Part shown: one piece after another, positions 12,898-25,229 of the stretch
Layout of the letters: every line of letters starts with the position of its first letter
Numbering within the stretch: position 1 is the stretch's first letter
From: Schmidtea polychroa
Taxonomy: Eukaryota
Assembly (NCBI GenBank): GCA_044892525.1
Contig: CM097885.1
Span: 14,138,001 to 14,202,000, forward strand
Reading direction: 5' to 3'
DNA length: 64,000 bases
Made by a program: the position numbers and the translations under genes
Notes under the pieces: model-generated
The model's database searches: none
Seen by the model: only the letters and a program-made list of their open reading frames with translations
What the model was told of the DNA's origin: nothing

Positions 12898-15800
12898 TCA
12901 AAATTTAAACTTTTCATTGATTACTGCAAGTTCCTTGGTAAAATGTTTCATCAGTTCTCTTTTGCGCTTTTCTAGGCCATCTTCAAATGATTTACTATTT
13001 TCTTTTTCTCCTTCAAATAATGCCGTATTCCCTTTCATTACTGATTCTCTAAAATCATGACTTTCCTGGAGGCTTTGCAGTCGAATGTCAGCACAATCTT
13101 GCTTCAAATCAATATCAACTTCATAGAATTGACTTGCTTCCTGAAATGTACTTTTCTCTTCCTCGAATCGCTTCTAAATCTCTACATCTTTAGGACTTAT
13201 TGATTCTTGAACCCTACCTTTATCTCGACGAGTTTCTGATCCATGTAATCATTGAGATCGCGATGATGACCAACTTGATCCGTTAAATTCTGAATGGCTT
13301 TACAATGTTCCGCAGATTCCTCCTGCAATGTCAGGCAAATCGTCTCATTTTCATTCAAATTCTTGACAGCTATTCGATTCTCGAATTCTAACAATTTTAT
13401 ATCACTTTTCTATGAACTAAATAACTTCGGTTTATATCAATTTACCCATACCAAAACTTCAGCGTTCCTTTTTAAATCTTCGCTTTGTCTTATGTGTTCC
13501 TGTAATTCCTCTCGCCTGATTTGGGTCTTCTCTTCAATAACAGATATCAAGTTTGATATATAAGGTCGCAAATGACCATCGTAATTTAGCAGATATTCGA
13601 AATTAAAATCCGTGATTTCTTGACGAATTTCTTCTTTGACTAAGCCTTGGAACTGAAATGAGAGGTAAAAAAAGTCCAAGTCTATTGAAAGTATGATGGT
13701 CATTTGCCATTATTGTCATTATAGCATCCACAATTAATATTAGCTCCAATAGCTATTGCCAAACATTTTATATCATATAAAATATTGATTATTAAATGAT
13801 AATACAATAATCATTATAATATTATAATAACAAAAGATGAGAGGATTTGGTTATCAAGTCAGTTTTATATAAAATGTAAGTATGAAAAATACATGAAATT
13901 ATACAAATAACAGCCAAGATTAGCGAGAAAGTGATGCTAAGGAAGCAGTTAAAATGTGCTATCGATGGAATAAAATTATTGTGGAATTTTGCCATAAAAT
14001 AATCTTATCGAAATCTCTATAAATCTTATATAATCTATATTGAATAAATTGTAAGCTGAATTCGATCAGTTATGAATTGTGAAATTCTGCTCGGCATTCA
14101 GTTGCTATTAAAAACGATGAAATATTAAGGCCTAACTGGAACAATTAATCATTTCACAGGCAATTACATGTCAAATTTTAATGGGAAAATACAAATACAA
14201 GGTTAACAAGAGAAATTTTAAAATGAAGACGCCACTGGGTTAATTGCAGAGATTAAGTTTTGTAAATAAATCTTTTAAATGATTGTAAGTACATTATTAT
14301 TTTTGGGGTTTTTAATTGATATCCCGATATAAATTTGCCATTAGTTGCGACAAACATATCATTTGATTTTATATAGAATTTATAATATTCCAATTCTTGC
14401 AGATTCTATAAAATTTAGGTAATCAGATATAGAGTAATAGTTTTCCGCATATTTATCGCGATTCTGATTTAGATAAATGATTATTGAAATCATTTCTCAA
14501 CGGGGGCCGCTGTCAACTGCAGGAAGAAGGGAGAGCAGGAGAGGTCAAGGGGATAATTAAAAATTATGAAAACATAAAAGTTAATACATAAATTCTAGCA
14601 CAAATATAATTTCATGAATATATAACAAATTGAATCGATATTAATATAATAAATTGATTTAATAAATGATATTTAAATAGTAATATTACTATTTTATACA
14701 GATGTAAATACTAGCTGTCTGAATTCAGGCACATTTTCTCAGGTATGAATTACAACTACTTATTGGATTAATATCGGATAATATGGTGAATTGTCCTTCC
14801 TGCTACTCCAGTTTAATTTCCGTTTATCTTTTTAGTTTTTTGGTTTCTAACTTGTCGATTCTGCTAGTTCTACTTTTGTCTCAATATTTCATCTCCTTCG
14901 ATTATTGTTGTTACCATCCTTTACATTTTATTTCTCGAACTCGTCCCCCAACTATTCCTCCCCATCACAATCCCATCTGATCTACTCGGAATTGTTTTAA
15001 TTTCATTATAATTACGCTGAAATATTCTCTCTTCCGTTCTACTCTGAAGCTTCATTGTCCAAACATTTATTGTCTCCATATTTTCATGTTTCAGTATATT
15101 TGATTTAAAAACCTTCATGTGTTCGCATTTAACAGGAATTTGATCTCTAAGCTCTTGTTCATGTTCAACCTATTTTTATTGTAAATAATTTTGCTTTACC
15201 AGGCCTTATTTGGAGTATATTTTAATTTCCTCCTGCATTCTACTCGATTTTCTTCAAAATAATTCTTTATAACGCATTTATATCTTCACGCTTTCATTTT
15301 CAGGCCATCATTGGATTCATTTTTTGCATATTCAACAGAAAATATCCTTTTTTATTTCGTACTTTAATTATTCCCTTCTAAACATTCCAATGCAAAACTG
15401 TTTTGCGTTTTAAATAACTCGTAAACTTTAGCACATCAATTTGAAAGTTGCACCGATATCCCGACAACTTTAACCAATTGTTTACACTTCCTAACCTGCT
15501 TTTACAATTAGACATTACCATTCTTTCACTGACCATTCGAATATAATTTCCTAGTGATGATTACGATCGATTTCCTCAATCGCTCAATAATTAATAAAAT
15601 ATTGATAAAAATAATCAGTGAAATTATTAATAAAAATAATTGATAAGTGTTTATTAAAAAATGAAAAATATTAATAAATAATTAGAAAAGGTTATCAATA
15701 AAATATGGATAAAAAATAATCAATAAAAAAATTAATAAAATGTAGATTATTATTGAAATAATCAATAAAATATTGATAAAAAATAATCGATTAAGGGCAA

Positions 15801-16874
15801 ATATTATCGAATTTAGGATGCGGCAAAATAAAATCAAAGTGGCGAGCCAATGAAATCGCGCCAAAATTTCCATCCGTAACGTAAATAATAAATAAAAATA
15901 CAAATAAACCAATTACAATATTATAAACATCGGCAAATATTTTCTGCAAATGGAATTTCACGTCATCAATCTCGAGCTCCATCGATCGGGTCGTTTGTTT
16001 AAATTCTTCCATTTCCAATTTCGATTGCTGCAATTGCGCTCGCTTTCTCACTAATTTCTCTTGGAAATCCTCGATCTGATTGATTGTGTCCGAGTACCTA
16101 GGAAACCGATTCGATAGGAATATCTCAAGCAAATCAATATGAAATCATAAATAAATAAAAAATAGATGAGTTATCGTACTTAATTATCGTGATTAATTTA
16201 ATAATCTATTTATTTATTAATTTACTTAATTTATTAATCTATTTATTAATCTATTTATTAATCTATTTATTAATCTATTTATTAATCTATTTATTAATCT
16301 AAATTACTCATACGAAAAATATTTTAAAAATGAATGAAATTAGAAAATGATCCGAGATTAGAAATATTGTAAAACAGGTAAAATATGGATTATCTATCAC
16401 CCTTTCTCCTCGTATTCACTCCTCTTGGCAACTAGGAGCGAAATCTCTTTCGTAATAGCATTTGAGCAATTGGTTTCATCTCGGATTTCCATTTGCAGCT
16501 TGTGAAGGATTTCCTATAAATGATTCATTACGTAAAGGATTCCACCAACCTGATTTCACTTTCAATTTTGAATGCTTTCCATCCTCGGTCTCATTGCATT
16601 TGTCAATTCGATTGGATTCCTCGGATATTTCTCTGATAGTGCATTCAAGCAGTTGAACATTCGTTTGCATCTCTTCGATTTGGTCGACATTCTGAGAGAT
16701 TTTCATGATTTCACTGCTTGATTTGATGCCCATTTCGTGTCGAATGGCATCCTGGAGTTCAATAAGATTATTAGCGTTGAATTCAGCGTTTTCAATTGTC
16801 CGGTAAATGGAAATCAAAGAATCCAAAACGACTTCTGAGCTGATACGATAACTCATAATTCTCGGGAAAAGCAT
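12898..16874 (-). CDS. Multi-exon gene or pseudogene for an uncharacterised coiled-coil protein (exon structure unresolved)
   Basis: Series of E/K/Q-rich helical minus-strand ORF pieces (16476-16874, 15791-16132, 14921-15118, 13437-13703, 13197-13394, 12898-13107) separated by AT-rich GT..AG-bounded gaps; may be more than one gene. Confidence 0.55.
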
Positions 16875-16914
16875 TTTAGGATCGGTCTGAATTTAGCCGG
16901 GTCATTTAAAATTT

Positions 16915-16940
16915 GTATTATTTATTATTATTATTTATTG

Positions 16941-16988
<48 letters not shown>
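16915..16988. repeat. (ATT)n microsatellite
   Basis: Direct reading. Confidence 0.9.
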
Positions 16989-17052
16989 GCATTAATAATA
17001 AATTGATAAGTGAGATACACCCGTTTGCACTGAATAAACGCATCTATAATAT

Positions 17053-17389
17053 TGGAAGTTTCAACTTTGAATCCTTTGTGGAATTTATTGAAAACAATCT
17101 GGTGCCTCATTTTAGAGCGTACCCGAATAAACTATTGATTATAGATAATGCAAAGTTCCATAAGTCGGTTAAAGTTCAGGATGTGCTTAGAAGAAATGGA
17201 ATCGTATGCAAGTTTGAAGAATTCTTCTCAATGATATAAAATAAATATCATGCAGTGAAAGTTCTAAATCCTAATTTATCAATCGCGCAATGTTTGGACA
17301 GTATTCTGGGGCCAAAAAATGAATATACCTCGCACTGTCAAGGTTTCTATAAAAACATGATGCGATGACTTGAAAAAGCACAGCAGAGA
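17053..17389 (+). pseudogene. Tc1/IS630-type (DDE_3) transposase fragment
   Basis: SFNFESFVEFIENNLVP..LLIIDNAKFHKS..V..L..EEFFSMI with the PYSP-LNPI segment missing; truncated by the retroelement. Confidence 0.75.
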
Positions 17390-17395
17390 GAGGAA

Positions 17396-20300
17396 ATGGA
17401 TAATAATAATGTGGAGATTAAAACTGAAGTTGTAGATGACCCAGGAGAAATTGATCAAGAAATTAATGAGTTGCAGAGATTAGAAACAATGGAAAATGAG
17501 GAAATGAGATCGGAAAATGAGGTTACAAGGGATATCGAGGAAATGAGCACCGATAATAGGATACTACCGAACATAGATGAGATGAAAAGCGAAGAGAACT
17601 TCGTTGAAACGAAAAATGACATTGCGATATGTCGGAAAAAACAGAATGATGCGGAAATTGAATCTTTGAGTTTAGATAAATCGAGCGAAACTGAGCGTTT
17701 AGATGAATCAAACGAGACTGAACGAATATTAAAAAGTTTAGTTACGGAATTGTACTTGTTAGATGAAACTGAAACAGAAGATGATACTTCGGAGGGGGAG
17801 GAAAGAGTTGTAAAAAGATTGGCAACGGAATTAAAGAGGAGATTACCGTCGATAATTAAAAGAAATTATGAAGAAAAGGAATTTTGTGAGGAAGCAGTGA
17901 TTGAGGACCTAACACGAACTGAGTTGGATCGAGATGTAATATTGACAGCGTTAGCTTATATAATATTGGAGATTGGTATTTATGGTTGTCTGGAAAATGA
18001 CAGTTCAAAATCATTGATAAAGAAAGCTACGGAAATGACGAATAAATATTTGGCTAGGTGGATCGCAAACAATGGCGGATGGGAAAATTTGATACAAAAG
18101 GCTGAGAGCCCAAAAACCGAGACAGTGAGGAAAAAGGGAAAACTCGCATTTCCATGGTTGATGATTTCTGTTATTATGTTATTGGGAATAATAAACACGA
18201 CGAATTCATTGGTGGCATACGACTGCTCCCAAACCGAAATGGGAAGAGTATATTCGTTGGTAAACGTAGCAGAGTGTTCGGATGCATATCCAGTAAAATT
18301 AAAAGTGACAAATCCAGTAAAATATTATGTATATCAAGAATCGGGATTTCGACGAGCAAAGGTGAGAGAGTGTACAGTGAAACGAACTACTTTTGTATTT
18401 TATTGTGGAAAATGGAGTCACTCATCGATGGTGAAAATGCAATCGATACCTAGACCGATAGAAATAATTCCAGAGAATTGTTTGGCAGCCTTTCAAACAG
18501 GACAGTTGAAAATCAATGCAGATATCAAACTACAAGCAAAGCTTAACCACAAAATCCGTGAGACTGTAACCGTGCGAGGGATAATAAAGTCGAATGGTGA
18601 TTGCCAAGGAGAGCCATACAAAGTAGACGATGCTATAATTGACAAAGCCGTGGTTGTGGAAGAGTACATGTCAGAATTAAGAGAATTTGATGGATCATTT
18701 GATGATGATACTGGTAAACTACAAACACATCCATTCTGCAACATGAAACAATCTAGCTGTCAGACAGGAGAATCAATCTTGGTGTACGATGTCGATACCA
18801 AAAAGTGCAATTTAGTGCAATTGAAGTCAATGAGTTTTAAAGAAATAACGGGAGAACAGATCAGGGAAAAGCCTGAGAAAATAAGAATGGATCCAGCAAC
18901 GAGTACAACAACGAGAATCACACCTCTACGGATGAAAGATACTCCAACAGTGTTAATGTCAACCTCGGAGGAAGATGGGATGCGATTCCTGAGAAAAGAA
19001 ACTAAAACAAAGTGTGGACAAAGTGTCTATGAGACAAATTATAAAGGTATATATGTATCTCAGAAGATGATTACAGAGGCCCAAACAAACATACATGCCG
19101 GAGATATTAAGTTGACAAATTACTTTAATAACAAAATAGATTATTTATTTCACTTTGGTCAAAATACTGTTGAAAATGTGTACCGAGAAGTTATTATAAA
19201 TGATTGCAATCTCAACAAAGAAATACTCCGAAATCGGATGGCAATGGCTATAACCAATCCTAATTTGGTAGCACCAATGTTAATTGCAGAAAATGGAGTG
19301 TTCGCCAGAATTTTCGGTGAAGCACTATATAGCTATAAATGTAAAGCGGTACCAGTTAAACTGACAAAGTATGACCAATGCACCAACGAGTTACCAGTGA
19401 ATTTAAATGGAAAGTTGCGATTTATGGAGCCTGTAACACGAATCTTACTGGAAGAGGACACGAAACCGAAAGTATTACAGTGCAATAGATTGTTAGCACC
19501 ATTATACAGACTAACACCAGAATCTTGGATTGCATTACCAGATCATCGAGAAGTAAAGACACCGGAAAACTTAGAATTGACAGAATTACAATATCTGGTA
19601 AATTTTACGTCGTTAGAAAAATTGTCGCAAAGTGGAATTTACTCGAACGAAGACATTGAGGAAGCTCGCAGAAACTTGTTATTTCCATCAAAGAAAGAAA
19701 GAGTAATAATGGAAATGGTAGATACAATTCTCCCAAGCGGAAGTGGGAAGGTAAATTATGAGTATTTATTAACTCCAGATCATTACAAGAAAGCGACGTA
19801 TAATACAATGAAAAAGATCTGGGGAAAGTTTATGTTCATTGGACAAGCGTGTGCCGGATTGATTGGAATTTATGTAATATGTGTTGTAATCAAAGTAATA
19901 ATATCGCAGGTCTTATCAACACACAGATTATACGCGATCACAGGTTGGTCGTGGAAACTAGTAATTGGTTGCATACCATTATTGGCTAGATTCTTCATTA
20001 CTCATCATCAATATCAGGAGTTGGAGATACTCAAGGCTCGAATATTAAAGAAGAAAAAGGTGAGCTACGCTAGTACTACCCCTTCAAGGGACGAGAACAA
20101 TGACAATGACAACGAGGGTGATAGTGCACCGTTATATGTTGACAATCAAGAACTAAGTGGAATGAATAAAGAAGCGTTAAGAACCTATCAAATCTTAAAA
20201 GAGCCACTGTTGAATGCGAGTAGCGTAGACACGTTTACAAAACTGTGTATACCAAAATCATTTATGCAACCAGCACCAGTGTATCCAGTTGATCGATTAC

Positions 20301-23300
20301 GAGAGATGAAACCAGTGGAAAATATCGCATTGCAATGTGAAGGAATGGTAGGAGAGAGAATTGAGCCTTCTAGCGCAGAGATCGAGAGAAAAAACATGTT
20401 AGGCTTACCATGCAACTACTCAATGATGACATTAACAAAAAGAGGAAAGCAACCCCGAATATTTATACAAATGAACAAACATAAAGTGGAAGCTTTAGTT
20501 GATTCGGGATCTAGTCACACAATAGTATCGGAAAATGTATTAAACGCGAAGGAAAAAAGGCGAATAAAGCCTACCGACGAAATAGTGAGGTCATTATCAA
20601 AAAATGAATTAAACATAATTGGACAACTTAACGTCATATTCCATATTGGAGATCGAATAATAGCGCACGATGCGCTCATAATGAAGGGAAGTCCAGTACG
20701 ATGTCTGATCGGCATGGATCTATTAGAGCAGCTGGACGGAGTCTCACTTGATTTAAAGACAGGTAATTTGATAGCAGGAGAAACAGGAGAAATAATTCAC
20801 AGGGCAGGTGAAGTGTTTGTGAATCAGACATTGACAATACCACCACAATCGGAGATGGTATATTGTGCAAATACCATGAGTGTGGATAATGGTGATTTTA
20901 TATTCGAACCAAATCAAACGCTAGTCGAAAAATATGATTTACCGATATGTGACGAAGTTGTCAAAGTGAAAAATCAGATAGTACCAGTCCATATAACGAA
21001 TAGCAGTAAGAAACCGGTTCAGCTACACCCAAAAACAAAATTGGGAAAATTATCAAAAATGTCTATTGAAACAAATTGCAAAATACCAAGAAACGTCAAA
21101 GTGTATAAGGAGCCTGAAGTGGTAAGCAATGATTTAAATGAGATGCAGAAAAAGGAATTTACAAAACTGTTGAGAAAATACCGAGATATCTTTGCTAAAC
21201 ACGAATATGATTTAGGTTTAACCAATGTAATTGAGCATGAAATACCGTTATTAGACGAAACTCCAATAAAAATAAAGCCATACAGAATCCCCTACGTTCA
21301 TCAAGACGAAAGCGATAGACAGATTACAGCAATGAAGGAATTTGGAATAATTCGAGATAGCGCGTCGCCATTCTCCTCATCAATAGTGATAGTTAAGAAA
21401 AAGGATGGAGACTTACGATTTTGCGTAGATTATCGGAAGCTAAATCAAGTTACGAGGAAAGACACTTATCCAATTCCAGTACCCCAAGAAATGTTTGATC
21501 AAATGGGAGAAGCACGATATTTCACTGTTATTGATTTAAACAAAGGGTACAATCAATTTAGAGTAAAAGAGGAAGATAGAGGAAAGACGGCGTTCTCGGA
21601 TGGCAAAGGACTGTATGAGTTCAACGTGTTACCATTTGGATTAACAGGAGCCCCAGCTACATTCCAACGAGGAATGAATTATGTGTTACGAGGAATTCGA
21701 CATGCATTGGTATATATCGACGATATAATAATATTTTCAAATGATTTTGAAGAACACCTGAAGGATGTAGAAACTGTATTTAAACGGCTCAAAAGTGCAA
21801 AATTAAAAATCAAACCATCGAAATGTGAATGGGGCAAAGCAGAAGTGATTTATGTAGGACATATAATATCACGGCGAGGGTTACAAACTAATCCAGATAA
21901 CATCAAAAAAGTGGAAGAGTACCCAGTACCAAAAGATGCCGATGAGGTTAGACAATTTTTAGGTTTGGCGAGCTATTACAGAAAATTTATAAAAGATTTC
22001 TCTCATATCGCACAACCATTGAATACGTTACTAAAGAAAAACAATAAATTTATTTGGGGACAAATGCAACAAAACGCTTTCAATACATTAAAAGAGAAAT
22101 TAGTAACAACTCCTATATTAAGATGTCCAGATTTTACAAAACAATTTATCTTGATGACGGATGCAAGCAACGTTGCATTGGGTGCGGTATTGGGACAAAA
22201 ATTTGAAGGTGAAAAGGACCATGTAATAGCATACGCAAGCAGATCATTGAGGCCTCACGAGAAAAACTACTCAACGATTGAAAAGGAAACGTTAGCGTTA
22301 GTGTATGGAATTACTACTTTTAGACAATATTTATTGGGCAGAAAATTTACTGTTTATACAGATCATAATCCATTACAGTGGTTAATGAAACACAGAGATT
22401 CAGCCAGTAAGTTAATACGATGGTCAATTGCCCTCCAAGAATACGACTTTGAGATTAAATACCGGACAGGTAAAGCTAACGCGAATGCAGATGCAATGTC
22501 GAGAATCCCAGAAAATAATAGTGAAGGGACACCTGAAAAAGTGGAAGGCACTATATTCGCAGCAATCAAAGCTGTTAATGATATGTCTGAACTTCAAAAT
22601 GATCAGGAAAACGATAGTGAATTAAAACAATTTATGGAACAAGCGGTCAAAATAAGAAAAGAACAAGACTGGAAACGACTTACAGATGCAAACAGCAAAT
22701 ATGTAATTCATAATGGAATACTTAAATGTTGGAAAAATGGGGAAGCATTAATTATTATACCAGCCAAGCACAGAGATGCATTACTGATGCAGTATCATGA
22801 TGGAGCGTTGGGAGGTCATTTGTCAACGCGCAAGACGCTATCAAGATTAAAATTGAAATACTTTTGGCCGACAATGGAACAAGACGTGAAAAATTGGTGT
22901 AACAGTTGCAAAGTATGCATCACCCGCAGAAATACTGGTAAAAAGATTAAAGTACCATTAAAACCGATGCCAGTACCTGCAGCACCAATGGAGATGACGG
23001 CAATGGATATTCTGGGACCATTACCGGAAACAACAAAAGGAAACAAATACATTGTTGTTTTTTGTGACTACTTTACCAAATGGCCAGAAGCATACGCTAT
23101 TCCAAACCAAAAAGCAGATACGATTGCTAGAATATTTGTGGAAAACATAATATTTCGCTATGGTACTCCAAAGAAATTGTTAACTGATCAAGGAAAGAAC
23201 TTTCAAAGCGAGATGTTTAAATCAATCACAGACTTATTTGGAATTTGGAAATTGAATACGTCACCATATCATCCACAAACTGATGGATTGGTGGAACGAT

Positions 23301-25054
23301 TTAATGGGACACTGATAAATATGATCTCATCATATGTGAATCGAAAACAGAAAGATTGGGACGACTTCATAAAGCCGTGTCTGTTTGCCTACAGAAATGC
23401 AGTAAATCAAAGTACAGGAGAGACCCCTTTTTACTTGATGTATTTAAGGAAAAATAATATGCCGATTGATCTCAAATTCCAACCACCAATTTCACAATAT
23501 ATGGAGATACCCGATTATAAAGCATTGATGCAAGAAAGAATGCAGTCAGTATGGACTAAAGCCGGTTTGACAATAAAGCACAACCAAGAGAAATATAAAG
23601 AATCATACGATAAAAAAGCACATGCGCATGGCATAAAGATTGGAGATCTAGTATATCTGAACAGACCGGAACCTCTCAAAGGTTTATCGCCTAAATTGCA
23701 AAGACCATTTAAAGGACCCTACAAAGTGTGCGACACCACCGAAACCAATTTGAAGTTATTACCATTCAGGAGTAAAAAAGCTAACCCGATGATTGTGCAT
23801 GCAAATCGATGTAAACTAGTGCCAGAGGAAGATGAATCTAGATACCCCTTAAGATCCAAGCAGAATAAAGTAACGGGTCAAACAAAATTGAAACAGAAAT
23901 TCACGAAAAATCCAACACCAGTCAGCTACATCAATAAGATATTATATGTAGCAATAATGCTGATGTTAGTAACAGTTGCGAGCGGCAAAAAGATTGATTT
24001 ACCATATGCGGTAAACAAAATCCGAGGAATGGAGAAAATACATATATATTCCACTCTAACAAATATAGTATGGAGCTGTAAATGCGAGATCGCAGACCAA
24101 ATAGAAATTATTAATTTACTAGACAATACGGCACCAGTGGTAGAACTGAATTATGATAAAGATATAGTTGCGGTACGAAAGTTAAAGCCAAATTACAAAT
24201 ACCAATGGCTGTTGAGACAGAACATGTCAATGTGGTACACGCAAATTCCGATAGAAGTGCACACAAAAGAGATGCGAAACTTGATCGAGATAGAACCAGA
24301 GATAAACGGAATCAATATATATTGGAAGCCAGTGGACTTGGTGAAAGTGCGAATCACATTTCAAGGGTTAAATGTCGACACCCTTAACTCGCGAAAATCA
24401 TTTATCCGCTACGAGAAATTGAAAATGAATCAAAATTATTCAGTTAATGCGAACTACTACGAGAACATATGCCTCGAAAATGGAACGGTAGTGAGAAACC
24501 AATGGTCACGATTTAAGAGTGAGACCCAGTCTATCTATCTCAGAGACGAGTCAAATCGTATAACCCTGAGTGTTGGAAATGGACCGGTAACGATATATAG
24601 AAAATCAGGAAATGATGAAAGAGTTGTTATTATCTACAAACAAAAAACCCTGACTATATTAGATGCCGGTAATCATTTTTTTACACTTTACACTTCTGAT
24701 TTAGAGACGGCATGGGAATTAACAGTTAAATATCAGCGATGGATAACCGATCCAGGCAGATGGCAAACAGTTTTCGTGGAAGTCAAGACAATCAATGAAT
24801 CGAAACGAAAATCATATACAACCACATCACCTCTCCAATTACCGACCCAAGAGACGACAAAACCTAACTCAAACAAACTAATGATGATAAATTCGGATTT
24901 GACAGTCAACTATTGTGAATATCTCATTTACATTTTAATAACAGGTTTTCTCATCTTATCAATAACATTCATAATCATCACCATCTTGATATGTGTAAAA
25001 GAGAGACAACTAACTATCCTTCAACCACCATCATATTATGAGACAAGACTGTAA
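17396..25054 (+). CDS. Uninterrupted 2552-aa polyprotein remnant: Bcl-2-like, SP plus chuvirus-like glycoprotein plus TM, protease, RT, RNase H, integrase, SP plus ectodomain plus TM
   Basis: WIANNGGWENL; WLMISVIMLLGII..LVAYDCS; LVDSGS; LPFGL..YIDD; TDAS..EKETLA..YTDH..ADAMSR; HHCC; MDILGP..TDQG..VERFN; FKGPY; ILYVAIMLMLVTVASG; C-terminal YLIYILITGFLILSITFIIITILICV. Confidence 0.93.
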   Translation: MDNNNVEIKTEVVDDPGEIDQEINELQRLETMENEEMRSENEVTRDIEEMSTDNRILPNIDEMKSEENFVETKNDIAICRKKQNDAEIESLSLDKSSETERLDESNETERILKSLVTELYLLDETETEDDTSEGEERVVKRLATELKRRLPSIIKRNYEEKEFCEEAVIEDLTRTELDRDVILTALAYIILEIGIYGCLENDSSKSLIKKATEMTNKYLARWIANNGGWENLIQKAESPKTETVRKKGKLAFPWLMISVIMLLGIINTTNSLVAYDCSQTEMGRVYSLVNVAECSDAYPVKLKVTNPVKYYVYQESGFRRAKVRECTVKRTTFVFYCGKWSHSSMVKMQSIPRPIEIIPENCLAAFQTGQLKINADIKLQAKLNHKIRETVTVRGIIKSNGDCQGEPYKVDDAIIDKAVVVEEYMSELREFDGSFDDDTGKLQTHPFCNMKQSSCQTGESILVYDVDTKKCNLVQLKSMSFKEITGEQIREKPEKIRMDPATSTTTRITPLRMKDTPTVLMSTSEEDGMRFLRKETKTKCGQSVYETNYKGIYVSQKMITEAQTNIHAGDIKLTNYFNNKIDYLFHFGQNTVENVYREVIINDCNLNKEILRNRMAMAITNPNLVAPMLIAENGVFARIFGEALYSYKCKAVPVKLTKYDQCTNELPVNLNGKLRFMEPVTRILLEEDTKPKVLQCNRLLAPLYRLTPESWIALPDHREVKTPENLELTELQYLVNFTSLEKLSQSGIYSNEDIEEARRNLLFPSKKERVIMEMVDTILPSGSGKVNYEYLLTPDHYKKATYNTMKKIWGKFMFIGQACAGLIGIYVICVVIKVIISQVLSTHRLYAITGWSWKLVIGCIPLLARFFITHHQYQELEILKARILKKKKVSYASTTPSRDENNDNDNEGDSAPLYVDNQELSGMNKEALRTYQILKEPLLNASSVDTFTKLCIPKSFMQPAPVYPVDRLREMKPVENIALQCEGMVGERIEPSSAEIERKNMLGLPCNYSMMTLTKRGKQPRIFIQMNKHKVEALVDSGSSHTIVSENVLNAKEKRRIKPTDEIVRSLSKNELNIIGQLNVIFHIGDRIIAHDALIMKGSPVRCLIGMDLLEQLDGVSLDLKTGNLIAGETGEIIHRAGEVFVNQTLTIPPQSEMVYCANTMSVDNGDFIFEPNQTLVEKYDLPICDEVVKVKNQIVPVHITNSSKKPVQLHPKTKLGKLSKMSIETNCKIPRNVKVYKEPEVVSNDLNEMQKKEFTKLLRKYRDIFAKHEYDLGLTNVIEHEIPLLDETPIKIKPYRIPYVHQDESDRQITAMKEFGIIRDSASPFSSSIVIVKKKDGDLRFCVDYRKLNQVTRKDTYPIPVPQEMFDQMGEARYFTVIDLNKGYNQFRVKEEDRGKTAFSDGKGLYEFNVLPFGLTGAPATFQRGMNYVLRGIRHALVYIDDIIIFSNDFEEHLKDVETVFKRLKSAKLKIKPSKCEWGKAEVIYVGHIISRRGLQTNPDNIKKVEEYPVPKDADEVRQFLGLASYYRKFIKDFSHIAQPLNTLLKKNNKFIWGQMQQNAFNTLKEKLVTTPILRCPDFTKQFILMTDASNVALGAVLGQKFEGEKDHVIAYASRSLRPHEKNYSTIEKETLALVYGITTFRQYLLGRKFTVYTDHNPLQWLMKHRDSASKLIRWSIALQEYDFEIKYRTGKANANADAMSRIPENNSEGTPEKVEGTIFAAIKAVNDMSELQNDQENDSELKQFMEQAVKIRKEQDWKRLTDANSKYVIHNGILKCWKNGEALIIIPAKHRDALLMQYHDGALGGHLSTRKTLSRLKLKYFWPTMEQDVKNWCNSCKVCITRRNTGKKIKVPLKPMPVPAAPMEMTAMDILGPLPETTKGNKYIVVFCDYFTKWPEAYAIPNQKADTIARIFVENIIFRYGTPKKLLTDQGKNFQSEMFKSITDLFGIWKLNTSPYHPQTDGLVERFNGTLINMISSYVNRKQKDWDDFIKPCLFAYRNAVNQSTGETPFYLMYLRKNNMPIDLKFQPPISQYMEIPDYKALMQERMQSVWTKAGLTIKHNQEKYKESYDKKAHAHGIKIGDLVYLNRPEPLKGLSPKLQRPFKGPYKVCDTTETNLKLLPFRSKKANPMIVHANRCKLVPEEDESRYPLRSKQNKVTGQTKLKQKFTKNPTPVSYINKILYVAIMLMLVTVASGKKIDLPYAVNKIRGMEKIHIYSTLTNIVWSCKCEIADQIEIINLLDNTAPVVELNYDKDIVAVRKLKPNYKYQWLLRQNMSMWYTQIPIEVHTKEMRNLIEIEPEINGINIYWKPVDLVKVRITFQGLNVDTLNSRKSFIRYEKLKMNQNYSVNANYYENICLENGTVVRNQWSRFKSETQSIYLRDESNRITLSVGNGPVTIYRKSGNDERVVIIYKQKTLTILDAGNHFFTLYTSDLETAWELTVKYQRWITDPGRWQTVFVEVKTINESKRKSYTTTSPLQLPTQETTKPNSNKLMMINSDLTVNYCEYLIYILITGFLILSITFIIITILICVKERQLTILQPPSYYETRL

Positions 25055-25229
25055 ATTGTGATCTGCATGAATAGTGTATAAAAATATATTACATTTATAT
25101 TAACAATGTGCATGTTTTATAAGTACCATAGGATGAATTATGTAATTTGTTTGAGATTCGAAGCGAGGTGTTGATGCTTTGCGAATAAAGAGTGATACAA
25201 AAAAAATAACTATCATTTAATTTCAGAGA

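Larger units (their letters stand above)
12611..17052 (+). repeat. Direct segmental duplication, copy 1 (~4.4 kb); partner 56330-60863
   Basis: Colinear near-identical sequence; paired ORFs 12898/56618, 13197/56917, 15791/59454, 16476/60147. Confidence 0.95.

Noticed and set aside
17523..24387. Many short antisense and alternate-frame ORFs inside the polyprotein and its copies
   Set aside because: Shadow ORFs; recurrence reflects DNA duplication, not selection
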